Part shown: positions 48,421 to 59,207 of the stretch, one piece after another | Layout of the letters: each line of letters starts with the position of its first letter | Position numbering within the stretch: position 1 is the stretch's first letter | Assembly (NCBI GenBank): GCA_964495475.1 | Contig: CAZBVY010000001.1 | Coordinates: forward strand, 4,239 to 68,238 | Origin: an uncultured Pseudomonadales bacterium | GTDB lineage: Bacteria; Patescibacteriota; Microgenomatia; UBA1400; PJMF01 | Length of the DNA stretch: 64,000 nt | Direction of reading: 5' to 3' | Program-made: the position numbers and the translations under genes | The notes under the pieces: generated by a model | What the model was told of the DNA's origin: nothing | The model's database searches: none | Seen by the model: only the letters and a program-made list of their open reading frames with translations

Positions 48421-49413
48421 TTAAGAAACTTCAGTTGAATCATATTCCCTACTTAAACCACTGTATTGAGAAGCATAAGCAATTTGTAAATATGGATCCT
48501 TATGGTTGGCTATTTTAAAAACATCGTTTCCGGCGGATTTTTTGATCAAATCAATACTAGCTTGATCAATGGCAACTGGATTATCTCCATACAGTACACC
48601 CACATCTTCTGCTAACTTAGGACTATCACAATTAGAACAATCACAGAACTGAACAACTTTTTTAATAACGTTAATGTAAAAAGTATTTTTTGGCATTAAT
48701 TTAACTGCCGACATAGCTCCCATCGCCAAAGCTTCATCAAATATTTTTAACTTTGGTTTGAGTGCTAAATGAGGACATTGTATTTGACAGATTGAACAAC
48801 CATAGCACTTGTCATAATCAACTGTCATTTTGCCATTTTTAATTTCAATTGCTTTGGCTGGACATAAATTTGCACAGGTTCCGCATCCAACACATAAATT
48901 TTCTTCCAATACTGGTTTAGCACTGTCATGAATAAAAGATTTGCTTTTGGCTGACAGCGCTCCCATACCTAAATTTTTAATTGCTCCCCCAAAACCCGCG
49001 CATTCATGGCCCTTAACATGACTTAAAACAATTAAATTTTTACTTTCTGCTAAAACTTTGGCTACTTCAAAATCTAAACCACCAACTTTTTGTACGACAT
49101 ACTCATCTTCAATGAGAAACTTACTTAATTGATCAAAACCATGTTTTACGACAACTTTTTCATAACCAATTTTACTATCACGTGGTGAATGATAAGTTAC
49201 CGGAGTGTCTACTAATAGCGTCTCAAGGCCCAAATCAGTTAATATTTTCAGTAATGGTTTCACATCTTCTTTAGTAAAAGCATTTGGATTTCCCGGCTCT
49301 CCAAAATGCATCTTAATGACCACTGGTGAATTTTTACTGAAACGACTGGCAAAATCTTCTTTCAAAAAATCTTCTTGAAAATCAAATTTATTGGAAAATT
49401 TTAGATGAGTCAT
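48421..49413 (-). CDS. DUF362 protein with ferredoxin domain
   Basis: KMHFGE, SHVKGH..GGAIKNLGMG, two CxxCxxCxxxCP. Confidence 0.9.
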   Translation of the reverse strand: MTHLKFSNKFDFQEDFLKEDFASRFSKNSPVVIKMHFGEPGNPNAFTKEDVKPLLKILTDLGLETLLVDTPVTYHSPRDSKIGYEKVVVKHGFDQLSKFLIEDEYVVQKVGGLDFEVAKVLAESKNLIVLSHVKGHECAGFGGAIKNLGMGALSAKSKSFIHDSAKPVLEENLCVGCGTCANLCPAKAIEIKNGKMTVDYDKCYGCSICQIQCPHLALKPKLKIFDEALAMGAMSAVKLMPKNTFYINVIKKVVQFCDCSNCDSPKLAEDVGVLYGDNPVAIDQASIDLIKKSAGNDVFKIANHKDPYLQIAYASQYSGLSREYDSTEVS

Positions 49414-49455
49414 ATCTTTGTTAGAATAGCACGTGGTTTATAATTACTAATCATG

Positions 49456-51009
49456 TCATTGAATAGGTCTAAATTCAATCGTTGTACTTCCAAACATTTT
49501 TTTCTCACCAACCGGTGCAAGTCTATCTTGTTCTGCAATGAATAAATCTCTGGTAATTTGTGGAACAATATCAAGATTTGGCTCTATAATTGTAAAGTGA
49601 ATTTTTGTTCTACTCACATCATCTCTAAGCAATAATTCTTCACCAAATAAACCCATTTGATCTGGACCTACAAAAGTTGGTTTATATCCATATTTTTTCT
49701 GACCATACCAATCATATAAATACGCCCAAGTTATGTAATATCCATTCGGATTTGTAAATGCAGAAAAAGTAAAATTTTCCCCATTTGCCTTCAAATAAGT
49801 GTAATCAATTAGAGATAATTGATTTGCTAAATTTGTACCTTTTTGAGGTGAAAAAATACTACTAGCCATAGTTTTATGAATCCTAAGCATCATTAGGTTG
49901 CTAAATAAATAGGTACTAATAAGCATTGTCGCAATAATTTTTGGAATTAAACCATTTTTTTTCCAAATTTGAAAAACTTGAAAAGATAAAATTAAGATCA
50001 TTGCTACTTCTAAAGACATGAGAATATGAATACTTCCTCTTGGCTCAATGAAAAAAAGCCAAAATGGTCCAAAAATCCAAGAAAGCAAAAATATTCTATT
50101 GGTTTTTGGCAATTGAGAAAAACCATTTATTGAAGCAACGAATATTATGAATGCAACTACTGGTGTATAGGGACCTATGGTTTGAATTGCTTTCAATAAG
50201 TAATTATTAAGTAAAGGCAAAAGCACAGATATATTAGTAATTTTTTCTGAAAAATTAAATCCATTGGTTAAAAATACTCCATTCTTCCATAACATAAATT
50301 GACCAATTAATATTGAAGAAACAAACAAAAATAATATTGATAAAAATATAATATTATTTTTCTAATTCTTTAAAATACTTTTTTTTGAAAAATGATTATA
50401 GTTATATAACAAAGCTACTAATAAGGTTCCAAAAAGATAAACTAACCATAAAGCAGATTGTAAAGAAACCCCCATGGCTATTGCTAATGGAATTACGAAA
50501 GATTTATTATTTTTGAAACCAACTTCCCAAAGACTCCAATAAAAGATTATTAATGGCATAACAGCTAAAGATGGATTTGACAGCCAATATGAAAGTTGAA
50601 TAATTTCTACTGAAAATATATATCCAAAAACTGTAATCCATGCAATTGCTTTTGATGAAAAAAATCTTTTAGAAAAATAATAAAGCGGAATTACTCCAAT
50701 GCACCCCAAAAATGACAGCGCCATTGCTGGAATCATTGGATTTCCATGACCGAAATAATAAAGTGGAGCTAAAAAATAATAATAAAGCACTCCATGATAG
50801 ACAGCGTCATTAGTACCACTTGCTGATGGACCTAAAACCTTAAAGTCACCATTTTCTATAATTTGCCTTGAAACATGAGCATCTCTACTTTGATCAAACC
50901 AAAAAGTAATACTGTTATTTTTCATTGATAACCATCCAATGAAAAATGCTAGCAATGTTGTAATAATTAATAATAAAATTGTTGTACGCTGATTGTATAA
51001 AATTTTCAT
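49456..51009 (-). pseudogene. GT-C fold glycosyltransferase interrupted by one in-frame TAG at 50364-50362
   Basis: ORFs 50362-51009 and 49456-50328 share a frame; reads KN*KNNIIFLSILFLFVSS. Confidence 0.8.
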
Positions 51010-51016
51010 AAATTTT

Positions 51017-52531
51017 TTACCTAAATTCTAATCCTCGTACTAAATTAGGATCCACTGGCTCGTTTAAGGTTTTTTCATCTAATAAATATTTTTCCAGAAC
51101 ATATCCATATGGATAAAACTTAGTATAAGTTGATTCCATATTAATGTTTATTTTGCTAGTTTGCCAATGACTAGAAGTTGACCAAGGATTGTCTGGATTA
51201 TCGGCGGATTTAATTAAAATCGTTGTGGGTTGTTTGACAAAGTGTGCCCCTTTTAAGTTTGGATTTTCTTGTTGATGAAAAGCAAAAGCATATTTAAGTG
51301 GATAAGCAAACTGATCCTGTGAATAAAGAAAGTAGCCAACCCCTTGTTCGCTTAAGCTATCAGCAGCAATATTGGATAATAGTTTCCAAGAAGAACTATT
51401 AAAACGATCTGGACTATATGAAAAATTACCACGACTTTGAAAAATAGAAAAAAAAGTCAAAATGATTAATAAATATTTAGCAACTGATGATTTGCTAGCT
51501 ATCACTCCAACTGTTAATAAAAGAATGCTCACGAACGGATCAAAATAAAAACTCCAGATAGTTCCAGAAAAAGCCAATGTTAGTATCCACCAAGAAAAAT
51601 ACCAATAAATAGTCGTAAAATAAAATTTTTTGAGTTCTTTGTTTGAGTGGCGCCAAGCTAAAAACGAAAAAACAAACCAGATCAATAAATTCAGCCACAA
51701 ATTTTTTAAACCAAACAAATTTATACCATTATAGAAAGCCAGGCTTATTCTTTCAGTTAATCTCAGATAAAAACTCATATCTGATTTGGCTGTTTGTATA
51801 TATGTTAAAAAAGAATTAGTTTGTAAAAAATCATGTCTTAAATCAAAAATAATGAAAGTGAAAAAAGGTAAAATAAAAAAAAGCGGAGCAAATAGTTGCG
51901 ACCACTTTTTTTCTTTAATAATTTTCCATAGAAAAACAAGTCCCCAACTCAAAGCTAGTGGCACTATGAAAGCCATCTGAAATTGAGCCAATAAACCCAT
52001 AGTTAACCATCCGATAGCAGCTAGTTTAATGCTTGGTTTTTGGTGCCACCGCCAAAATAAAATGAATGGTACAAAAGCAAATAGATTAGCAAAAAAAATA
52101 TTTGTTGGACCAGCGGCTCCAGGAAGTTCCAATAAAATAAAGCAAATTGTTAATAACAAACTGATGGTGAGATTTTTAATCAACGAGTGACTAATAAATA
52201 AAAACAAAATTGCAACAAATAAAACTACTGTGAACCAAAACCAACCCATTAATAATGGATCCCCATGACTTAAAATAAAAGGAATTAAATAAATATAATA
52301 CCAAAGTGCACCATGAAAAACTCCAGGAATACTAGATCTAGGACCAATCAGAGTAACTTGTTTATTTTCAACCATTTCGCGCACAACCAATAAATCTCTA
52401 GCGACATCAGTATGAATTAGCACATCACCGTGCCAAAGATAAGAGGACATTATTACTACTAAGGCAATTAATACTAAAGCTAAAAAATATTGAAATAAAG
52501 ATAATTTACGAAACAATCTAGACACCATCAA
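51017..52531 (-). CDS. GT-C fold glycosyltransferase-like membrane protein
   Basis: DVARD..LIGP..HGALWYY, FDLRH. Confidence 0.8.
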   Translation of the reverse strand: MMVSRLFRKLSLFQYFLALVLIALVVIMSSYLWHGDVLIHTDVARDLLVVREMVENKQVTLIGPRSSIPGVFHGALWYYIYLIPFILSHGDPLLMGWFWFTVVLFVAILFLFISHSLIKNLTISLLLTICFILLELPGAAGPTNIFFANLFAFVPFILFWRWHQKPSIKLAAIGWLTMGLLAQFQMAFIVPLALSWGLVFLWKIIKEKKWSQLFAPLFFILPFFTFIIFDLRHDFLQTNSFLTYIQTAKSDMSFYLRLTERISLAFYNGINLFGLKNLWLNLLIWFVFSFLAWRHSNKELKKFYFTTIYWYFSWWILTLAFSGTIWSFYFDPFVSILLLTVGVIASKSSVAKYLLIILTFFSIFQSRGNFSYSPDRFNSSSWKLLSNIAADSLSEQGVGYFLYSQDQFAYPLKYAFAFHQQENPNLKGAHFVKQPTTILIKSADNPDNPWSTSSHWQTSKININMESTYTKFYPYGYVLEKYLLDEKTLNEPVDPNLVRGLEFR

Positions 52532-52594
52532 ATTTTACATCATCAAGTAAACTATTGGCAAATCTTAAGTTTTTATTCCCCTCAATCCTTTTTT

Positions 52595-53287
52595 ATGTTA
52601 CTATCAAATCCTATGTCTATTATTGATCAAATTATTACTTGGCTAGAACATTTATCACAAACTATTAATTTACAACTCTTTGTGGTAATTGGTTCATTTT
52701 TGGAAGAAATTATTGCTCCTATTCCTTCACCTTTTGTCATGACTACTACTGCTGCTTTAGCTCAAGCGCAAAATTATGTATTTTTACAATTAGCAACAAT
52801 TGTAATTGTTGCTTCTCTAGCTAAAACAGTCTCCAGTTTCTTAATTTATCTAGCTGCCGACAAACTAGAAGATGTGGTAGTTGGAAAACTAGGTAAATAT
52901 ATTGGTGTCAGTCACAAGCTAATTGAACAAATTGGCGGATTTTTAACTGGCACTTGGGTGGATGATTTTTTAATGATTTTGGCTAGAGCTTTACCTTTTA
53001 TTCCTACTAGCCTAGTTTCGGTGGGAGCTGGAGTGATTAAATATCATAAAAAATCTTTTGTGATCACTACTTTTCTTGGAGTAATGATTAGAAATGCTTT
53101 TTATTTATGGGTAGGTTATGTAGGCATTACACAACTTGAACACATTTGGCAACAAGTTAAAGGTAATCCTCTTTTAATGGCCATCCTAATCATCGTTTGT
53201 CTATTAGTGCTATATTCTTTACTCAAAATTAAAGATCATTTATTTGAAAAAATGATGAATCTTAAAAAAGATAAAGCTAAAAAATAG
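52595..53287 (+). CDS. DedA/VTT family membrane protein
   Basis: EEIIAPIPS, ARALPFIP. Confidence 0.85.
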   Translation: MLLSNPMSIIDQIITWLEHLSQTINLQLFVVIGSFLEEIIAPIPSPFVMTTTAALAQAQNYVFLQLATIVIVASLAKTVSSFLIYLAADKLEDVVVGKLGKYIGVSHKLIEQIGGFLTGTWVDDFLMILARALPFIPTSLVSVGAGVIKYHKKSFVITTFLGVMIRNAFYLWVGYVGITQLEHIWQQVKGNPLLMAILIIVCLLVLYSLLKIKDHLFEKMMNLKKDKAKK

Positions 53288-53296
53288 TTAAAAATT

Positions 53297-54331
53297 TTAT
53301 TGAATAATTCCGCCACCAAGCACAACATCTCCTTGATAAAAAACTGCTGACTGACCGGCAGTTACCGCTCGTTGTGGAGTTTTAAATTCAATTTTAAATA
53401 AATTTTTATCCTGTGGAATAATCACTGCATCTGCTTCTTTAGCTCCATATCTAATTTTTACGCTAACTGAAGTTGATTCGATTAATTGGTCTACTGGAAT
53501 AAAATTCACATTTTTTACTATTAAACTTTTAAATAAAATATCTTCTTCTTCACCTAGAACAATTTCGTTGTTTACTACATTAATCTTAGAAACAAAAACT
53601 GGCTTACCAGTCGCTATTCCCAAACCTTTGCGCTGACCAATGGTGTATTTATAAATACCTTTATGTCGACCTAAAATATTTCCCTGTCTATCAAGAAAAT
53701 TACCATAACGCATTTTGATGCCAGTTCTTTTTTCGATAAATTCAGCATAATTATTATTAGTGATAAAACAAATATCCTGGCTATCTGCTTTATTAGCTAC
53801 TTCTAGATTAAAATCCTGAGCTATTTTTCTAACCTCACTTTTATCATAATCAGCCAAAGGGAACATTATATTAGATAGTTGCTGTTGAGTTAAATGATAA
53901 AGAGGATAAGTTTGATCTTTATTACTGCTTAGACTCTTTTTGAGTAGATAGCGATTTTTTTCCTTAACAATTTTGGCATAATGACCAGTAGCAAGATAGT
54001 CTGCTCCCATTGATTTGGCCCAATCAAGTAGAGCACCAAACTTAATATGATGATTACAAGTCACGCAAGGATTGGGAGTTCTGCCTAGCAAATACTCGTT
54101 AGTAAAATAAGTAATTATTTCTTGTTCAAAAACTTTTCTAAGATCAACGACATGATGAGGAATGTTTAATCTCTTAGCTATTAATTGCGCATCTTTAATA
54201 GCAAGATCTTGAGTGTCTTGCCAAACTTGCATTGTTACTCCAAACACATCGTAGCCTTGCTTTTGTAATAAAGCTGCCACTACAGAACTATCAACACCAC
54301 CACTCATCGCCACTGCAATTTTTTGTTTCAT
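53297..54331 (-). CDS. mnmA: tRNA 2-thiouridylase
   Basis: SGGVDS, PNPCVTCN, ATGHYA, DSQDICF, YTIGQRKG. Confidence 0.97.
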   Translation of the reverse strand: MKQKIAVAMSGGVDSSVVAALLQKQGYDVFGVTMQVWQDTQDLAIKDAQLIAKRLNIPHHVVDLRKVFEQEIITYFTNEYLLGRTPNPCVTCNHHIKFGALLDWAKSMGADYLATGHYAKIVKEKNRYLLKKSLSSNKDQTYPLYHLTQQQLSNIMFPLADYDKSEVRKIAQDFNLEVANKADSQDICFITNNNYAEFIEKRTGIKMRYGNFLDRQGNILGRHKGIYKYTIGQRKGLGIATGKPVFVSKINVVNNEIVLGEEEDILFKSLIVKNVNFIPVDQLIESTSVSVKIRYGAKEADAVIIPQDKNLFKIEFKTPQRAVTAGQSAVFYQGDVVLGGGIIQ

Positions 54332-54549
54332 TTTTTCTTCACAACTTTTTTATTTAATTCTTGTATTAATTCTTCTATTTCATCTTCTTCTAAACCATGA
54401 GACATGGCTCCAGCTTCTAAAGTATCATAACCAGCGGCATAACAATCACCACAATAAAGACCATATTCATAAAGCACATCATTCATTTCTGGATTTTGTT
54501 CAATAAGTTCAGCAATGTTAGTGTTCTTATTAATTGTTTTCCTGTTCAT
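54328..54549 (-). CDS. DUF1858 domain protein
   Basis: GLYCGDC..TLEAGA..HG. Confidence 0.8.
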   Translation of the reverse strand: MNRKTINKNTNIAELIEQNPEMNDVLYEYGLYCGDCYAAGYDTLEAGAMSHGLEEDEIEELIQELNKKVVKKK

Positions 54550-54919
54550 ATTGATTAATAGCTTCCTGCAAAGCCTTGAGTGTTAAAGTTGCGCAAGCAA
54601 TGCGACTAGTACTTAAATTTAAGTCAATTAATTCTAACAATTTTTTTTGATCAATTTTTTTAATTTCTTCAATAGATTTGCCAATAATTTCTTCTATTAA
54701 GAATTCTGCTCCAATAATACTAACAAAACACAAGCTCCCCTCAAATTTAGCATCTTCAATAATATTGTTTTTTATTTTTAAAGTTAAATGAAGTTGATCA
54801 CCACAAAAAGCATTATGTTTTTCTAAAACTACAGATGGATCAGTAAGATGACCCCTATGAATTGGGTCTTTATAAATTTCCATTAACTCACTGCGATAAA
54901 GATCATCCATAATAAGCAA
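54530..54919 (-). CDS. sufU: SufU/IscU-like protein
   Basis: NAFCGD, GSLC, SRIACA. Confidence 0.85.
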   Translation of the reverse strand: MLIMDDLYRSELMEIYKDPIHRGHLTDPSVVLEKHNAFCGDQLHLTLKIKNNIIEDAKFEGSLCFVSIIGAEFLIEEIIGKSIEEIKKIDQKKLLELIDLNLSTSRIACATLTLKALQEAINQYEQENN

Positions 54920-56117
54920 TTGCCTTTTCTAAATTATTAAGTAAAGATTTTAAATCTTGTTCATTATTATATAAATAATAGGAAGCTCTAAGCGTTGCTC
55001 CACAATGATGACTCTGATGAAGTGGCATGCTACAGTGAAAACCAGCTCTAAGAGCCAAACTTTTTTTAGCTAAAAAATCATTTAAATCATGAGCGTGAAT
55101 GCCATTAACGTAAAAAGAAACTAAACCAGTGCGCTCCATGGCATTGGCCGTACCTAATAATTTCACTTGTTTTATTTTTGATAAACCATTTAATAAATAT
55201 TCACTTAACTTAATTTCATGTGCTCTAATTTCTGCCAAACCAATTTTAGATAAATAATTTATCGCTTCTACTAAAGTAGTCGCCCCTTCGACGTTGGGCG
55301 TGCCTGCTTCAAACTTTTCTGGATATGAAGCATAAATAGTTTTGTCCATAGAAACTGACTCAATCATTCCACCGCCTAATTGGTAGGGAAACATTTTAGC
55401 TAAAATTGTTTCTTTAACATATAGCACCCCAATACCCATTGGACCTAACATTTTATGTCCACTAAAAGTGTAAAAATCACAATCTAAGTCTTGCATGTTC
55501 ACTGACAAATGCGGAACAGCTTGTGCACCATCAACCACCAAAACCGCCCCAACATTGTGAACCATTTCGGCAATTTTTTTAATATCATTGATTGTTCCTA
55601 AAACATTGGAGGCGTGAGCAATAGCTACTATTTTGGTTTTTTTATTTAATTTATTTTGCCATTCCTTTTGACTAATAAAGCCTGATTCATCGCTATTTAA
55701 AATTTTTAAACTGGTGCCGGTTTTTTGACAAACCATTTGCCAAGGTAAAAAATTGCTATGATGTTCAAAATCAGCGACTAAAACTTCATCGCCATTTTTT
55801 AAACTTTCCAAAGCAAAGCTTTGCGCCACTAAATTTAATGATTCAGTCGTACCCTTGGTAAAAATTATTTCTTTGCCAGTTTTAGCACCAATAAAATTAG
55901 CTACTGCTTGTCTCGCTAAATCATAAGCTTCGCTAGCCTGTTCACTGAGTGGATAAACACCGCGATGCACATTAGCGTTTTCATTACTATAAAATTTAAC
56001 AATTCTATCAATTACTATTTGTGGTTTTTGGCTAGTGGCCGCATTATCCAAATAAATTAATTCTTGGTGATTATTAAAAATGGGAAAATCTTTTTTTATT
56101 TTTAGAGCATCTAACAT
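54903..56117 (-). CDS. sufS: Cysteine desulfurase SufS
   Basis: YLDNAATSQKP, FSGHKM, RAGFHC. Confidence 0.95.
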   Translation of the reverse strand: MLDALKIKKDFPIFNNHQELIYLDNAATSQKPQIVIDRIVKFYSNENANVHRGVYPLSEQASEAYDLARQAVANFIGAKTGKEIIFTKGTTESLNLVAQSFALESLKNGDEVLVADFEHHSNFLPWQMVCQKTGTSLKILNSDESGFISQKEWQNKLNKKTKIVAIAHASNVLGTINDIKKIAEMVHNVGAVLVVDGAQAVPHLSVNMQDLDCDFYTFSGHKMLGPMGIGVLYVKETILAKMFPYQLGGGMIESVSMDKTIYASYPEKFEAGTPNVEGATTLVEAINYLSKIGLAEIRAHEIKLSEYLLNGLSKIKQVKLLGTANAMERTGLVSFYVNGIHAHDLNDFLAKKSLALRAGFHCSMPLHQSHHCGATLRASYYLYNNEQDLKSLLNNLEKAIAYYG

Positions 56118-56698
56118 AAGTAATCCTTAATTAGTTTACGCGCTGTTTCTACTTTAATTGAATCTAAAACTTTGTTAAAAAAAGCTTCTTCTAAAATTTT
56201 TTCTGCTTCAACTTTTTTAAAACCGCGACTCATTAAATAAAAAAGGTCAGCTTCGTCCAATCTGCTACTGCTAGCACTATGCGACGCTTTGACCTGATTA
56301 TTAAAAATTTCTAAAATTGGGCGAGAGCGATTATAAGTAGCTTTCCCCAATATTAAACTTTGTTCTTTCAAAAATGATTTGGTTTGAGAAGCTAAACGAT
56401 CAATATAAATTTGACCAAAATAATCGATTCTAGACTCATTAGATTGAGTCAAAAAAACTTCTGTTAAACAACTCGTCTTTGGCACCAAATGTCTCATATT
56501 ACTTTCGATTTGCCAACTACTTTTACTTTGCAATTTACCCAAAAAAAGCAATCTGCAATTAACACCGCTTTTTTTTAAAATTAAATCAACTTTTATTTTA
56601 CCTACACTAGTGTTTTTATCTAACAAAACTAAATAAAAAGTATCCACTTTTGCTTCTAGGATAAATTCAGTTTGTTTCTCTAATAGAACCATTTTCAT
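56111..56698 (-). CDS. sufD: Short SufD-like protein
   Basis: P.LEI..VKASHSA..LFYLMSRG. Confidence 0.8.
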   Translation of the reverse strand: MKMVLLEKQTEFILEAKVDTFYLVLLDKNTSVGKIKVDLILKKSGVNCRLLFLGKLQSKSSWQIESNMRHLVPKTSCLTEVFLTQSNESRIDYFGQIYIDRLASQTKSFLKEQSLILGKATYNRSRPILEIFNNQVKASHSASSSRLDEADLFYLMSRGFKKVEAEKILEEAFFNKVLDSIKVETARKLIKDYLC

Positions 56699-58107
56699 TA
56701 GCCCACACTCCCTTCCATTTCCAACTCAATCAGACGATTTAATTCAACAGCATATTCAAGGGGTAATTCTTTAACAATCGGTTCAATGAAACCTGCGACT
56801 AGTAGCGTCATCGCTTCAGTTTTAGTTAAACCACGACTCATTAAATAAAAAAGTTTTTCTTCTTCGATTTCGCTAACACTTGCCTCATGCTCCACAATGG
56901 CATTCTCTCCAGAAATTTTCATATCTGGGTAAGTACAAGTTGTAGAATCTTTGTCTAAAATTAATGCATCACATTCCACTTTACTTTTACTATTAGTGGC
57001 TGATTTAGCAATGTAAACCAAACCACGATAGTTGCTTTGTCCGCCACCAAGACTAACTGATTTAGCAATGATTTTAGAGGAAGTGTTTTTAGCTAAATGC
57101 AACATCTTTGCGCCAGTATCTTGAATTTGATTATTCTTAGCATAAGCAATGGAAAGCATTTCTCCATAAGCACCTTCTTCTGATAAATAACAACTGGGGT
57201 ATTTCATGGTGGTTTTGGCTCCTAAATTACCATCAATCCATTCCATAACACCATTTTTAAAAACTTTAGCACGCTTGGTCACAAGATTGTAAATATTGCC
57301 CGACCAATTTTGAATGGTAGTGTAACGAAAACGGGCATTTTTTTTCACAAAAACTTCTACTACTGCAGCATGCAATGAATATTCACTATAAACTGGTGCA
57401 GTACAACCTTCAACATAATTGGCGCTAGAGCCCTCATCAGCAATAATCAAGGTTCTTTCAAACTGACCCATGCGAGCAGCGTTAATACGAAAATAGCTCT
57501 GCAATGGCCTCTTAACATGAGTATTTGGTGGAATATAAACAAAAGAACCACCTGACCAAGCTGTGCTATTAAGAGCAGCAAATTTATTATCAGCAGGTGG
57601 AACTAATTTGCCAAAATATTCTTTAAAAAGATCGCTGTGTTTTTGTAAAGCCTCTTCCATCGAACAAAAAATTACTCCCTGCTCATCCAACTCTGCTTGT
57701 AATGAAGAATACGCCACTTCACTGTTGTATTGAGCCTTCACTCCAGCTAAAAATTCTTTTTCTGCCTGTGGAACTCCAAGACGATCAAAAGTATCTTTAA
57801 TTTCTTTTGGTACTTCATCCCAAGTTTTCTTTTCTACGTCAGTGTCTTTTATAAAATAGCGAATCTTCTCAAAATCTATTTCTGCTAAACTTGGCCCCCA
57901 ATTAGGCAATTTCATTTTTTTAAAAACTTGCAAAGATTTTTGACGGAATTCTCTCATCCAAGTTGGTTCATTTTTACTAATAGAAATATCAGTAATAATT
58001 TTTTGCGAAAGGCCAAAGTCAAAGCTCAAAACAGATTTTTCTGGCATCGCAAAACCAAATTTATCCGCATAAGCATCGTTGAGTTTTTTAAGATTTGCCC
58101 GCTTCAT
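56698..58107 (-). CDS. sufB: Fe-S cluster assembly protein SufB
   Basis: GQFERTLII, YVEGCTAP, LPLEYAVELNRL. Confidence 0.97.
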   Translation of the reverse strand: MKRANLKKLNDAYADKFGFAMPEKSVLSFDFGLSQKIITDISISKNEPTWMREFRQKSLQVFKKMKLPNWGPSLAEIDFEKIRYFIKDTDVEKKTWDEVPKEIKDTFDRLGVPQAEKEFLAGVKAQYNSEVAYSSLQAELDEQGVIFCSMEEALQKHSDLFKEYFGKLVPPADNKFAALNSTAWSGGSFVYIPPNTHVKRPLQSYFRINAARMGQFERTLIIADEGSSANYVEGCTAPVYSEYSLHAAVVEVFVKKNARFRYTTIQNWSGNIYNLVTKRAKVFKNGVMEWIDGNLGAKTTMKYPSCYLSEEGAYGEMLSIAYAKNNQIQDTGAKMLHLAKNTSSKIIAKSVSLGGGQSNYRGLVYIAKSATNSKSKVECDALILDKDSTTCTYPDMKISGENAIVEHEASVSEIEEEKLFYLMSRGLTKTEAMTLLVAGFIEPIVKELPLEYAVELNRLIELEMEGSVG

Positions 58108-58116
58108 GTAATATTT

Positions 58117-58848
58117 TTATGCCTTAAGAAAATTGGCAAAACCTTTTTTTTCAATTTTCTTAATTAAATCTGCTGAACCAGTTTTAATAATTTGCCCTTT
58201 ATTTAAAACGTGCACAAAGTCGATATTTAAAAAATTTAGAATTCTCGAATAGTGAGTAATTAATAAAACAGCAACTTGTTTTTCTTGTTTCAAATAATTA
58301 ACTGCATTTGCTACAGCCTGAATAGCATCGATATCTAAACCACTGTCAATTTCATCTAAGATAACTAGTTGTGGTTCCAAAACCAACATTTGTAAAACTT
58401 CCATTTTCTTTTTTTCTCCCCCTGAAAAACCATGATTCAAAGATCTTTTTAAGAGTTCTTCATTAAAATTTAGAATCGCCATTCTTTCTTTTAAGAATTC
58501 TTTAAATTTTAGTGGAGTAAGTTTTTTTTCGTGGCTAGTTTTATAAAGTAATTTCAAATAATCATAAACTTTCACTCCGGGAATTTCTAAAATTTGTTGA
58601 AAAGACAAAAAAATTCCAAGCTTAGCTCTTTGTTGTGGATCTAATTTCAATAAATTTTGTTTAGCAAAAATTATTTCACCTTTTACTAAATAATTTGGGT
58701 TACCCATAATACTTTGGGCTAAAGTACTTTTACCAGCACCATTTTGACCCATTAAAATATGTGTCTCACCTTTTTTGATTGATAAATCAATTTTATCCAA
58801 AATATTTTTTTTATTTAATGAAACTTGAACATTTTTTATTTTAAGCAC
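58117..58848 (-). CDS. sufC: Fe-S assembly ATPase SufC
   Basis: GQNGAGKST, GFSGGEKKK, LDEIDSGLDID, ITHY. Confidence 0.97.
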   Translation of the reverse strand: MLKIKNVQVSLNKKNILDKIDLSIKKGETHILMGQNGAGKSTLAQSIMGNPNYLVKGEIIFAKQNLLKLDPQQRAKLGIFLSFQQILEIPGVKVYDYLKLLYKTSHEKKLTPLKFKEFLKERMAILNFNEELLKRSLNHGFSGGEKKKMEVLQMLVLEPQLVILDEIDSGLDIDAIQAVANAVNYLKQEKQVAVLLITHYSRILNFLNIDFVHVLNKGQIIKTGSADLIKKIEKKGFANFLKA

Positions 58849-58866
58849 AAGAAATCCTTTAATAAT

Positions 58867-59148
58867 TTAGTTGGTGAAATGCATTTGTTTAAGCATGCAA
58901 ATTTTTTGATTATGTGGGCAATTTTTATTAACTTGGTAATAAATTTCTTTACCAATTCTTTGTTTTGATAATAGACCATCCGCTTCCATAGTTTTTAGAT
59001 GATAAGAAACAGTTGGTTGACTTAAGACAGTTTGTTCGACAATTTCTGAAACTGTTTTTTGTCCATGATCTTTAAGAAAAATAAAAATTTGCATTCGAGA
59101 ATTAACAGCTAAATTACTAAAGCAATGACTGCAAGAGGTGAATTTCAT
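58867..59148 (-). CDS. ArsR/SmtB family regulator with Cys/His termini
   Basis: SQPTVSYHLK HTH; CSHC at N-terminus. Confidence 0.9.
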   Translation of the reverse strand: MKFTSCSHCFSNLAVNSRMQIFIFLKDHGQKTVSEIVEQTVLSQPTVSYHLKTMEADGLLSKQRIGKEIYYQVNKNCPHNQKICMLKQMHFTN

Positions 59149-59207
59149 AACATATAGATCATAATCTATTTGTTATAAAACTTCAAGATGCGTAAAGATT
59201 AAAATTA

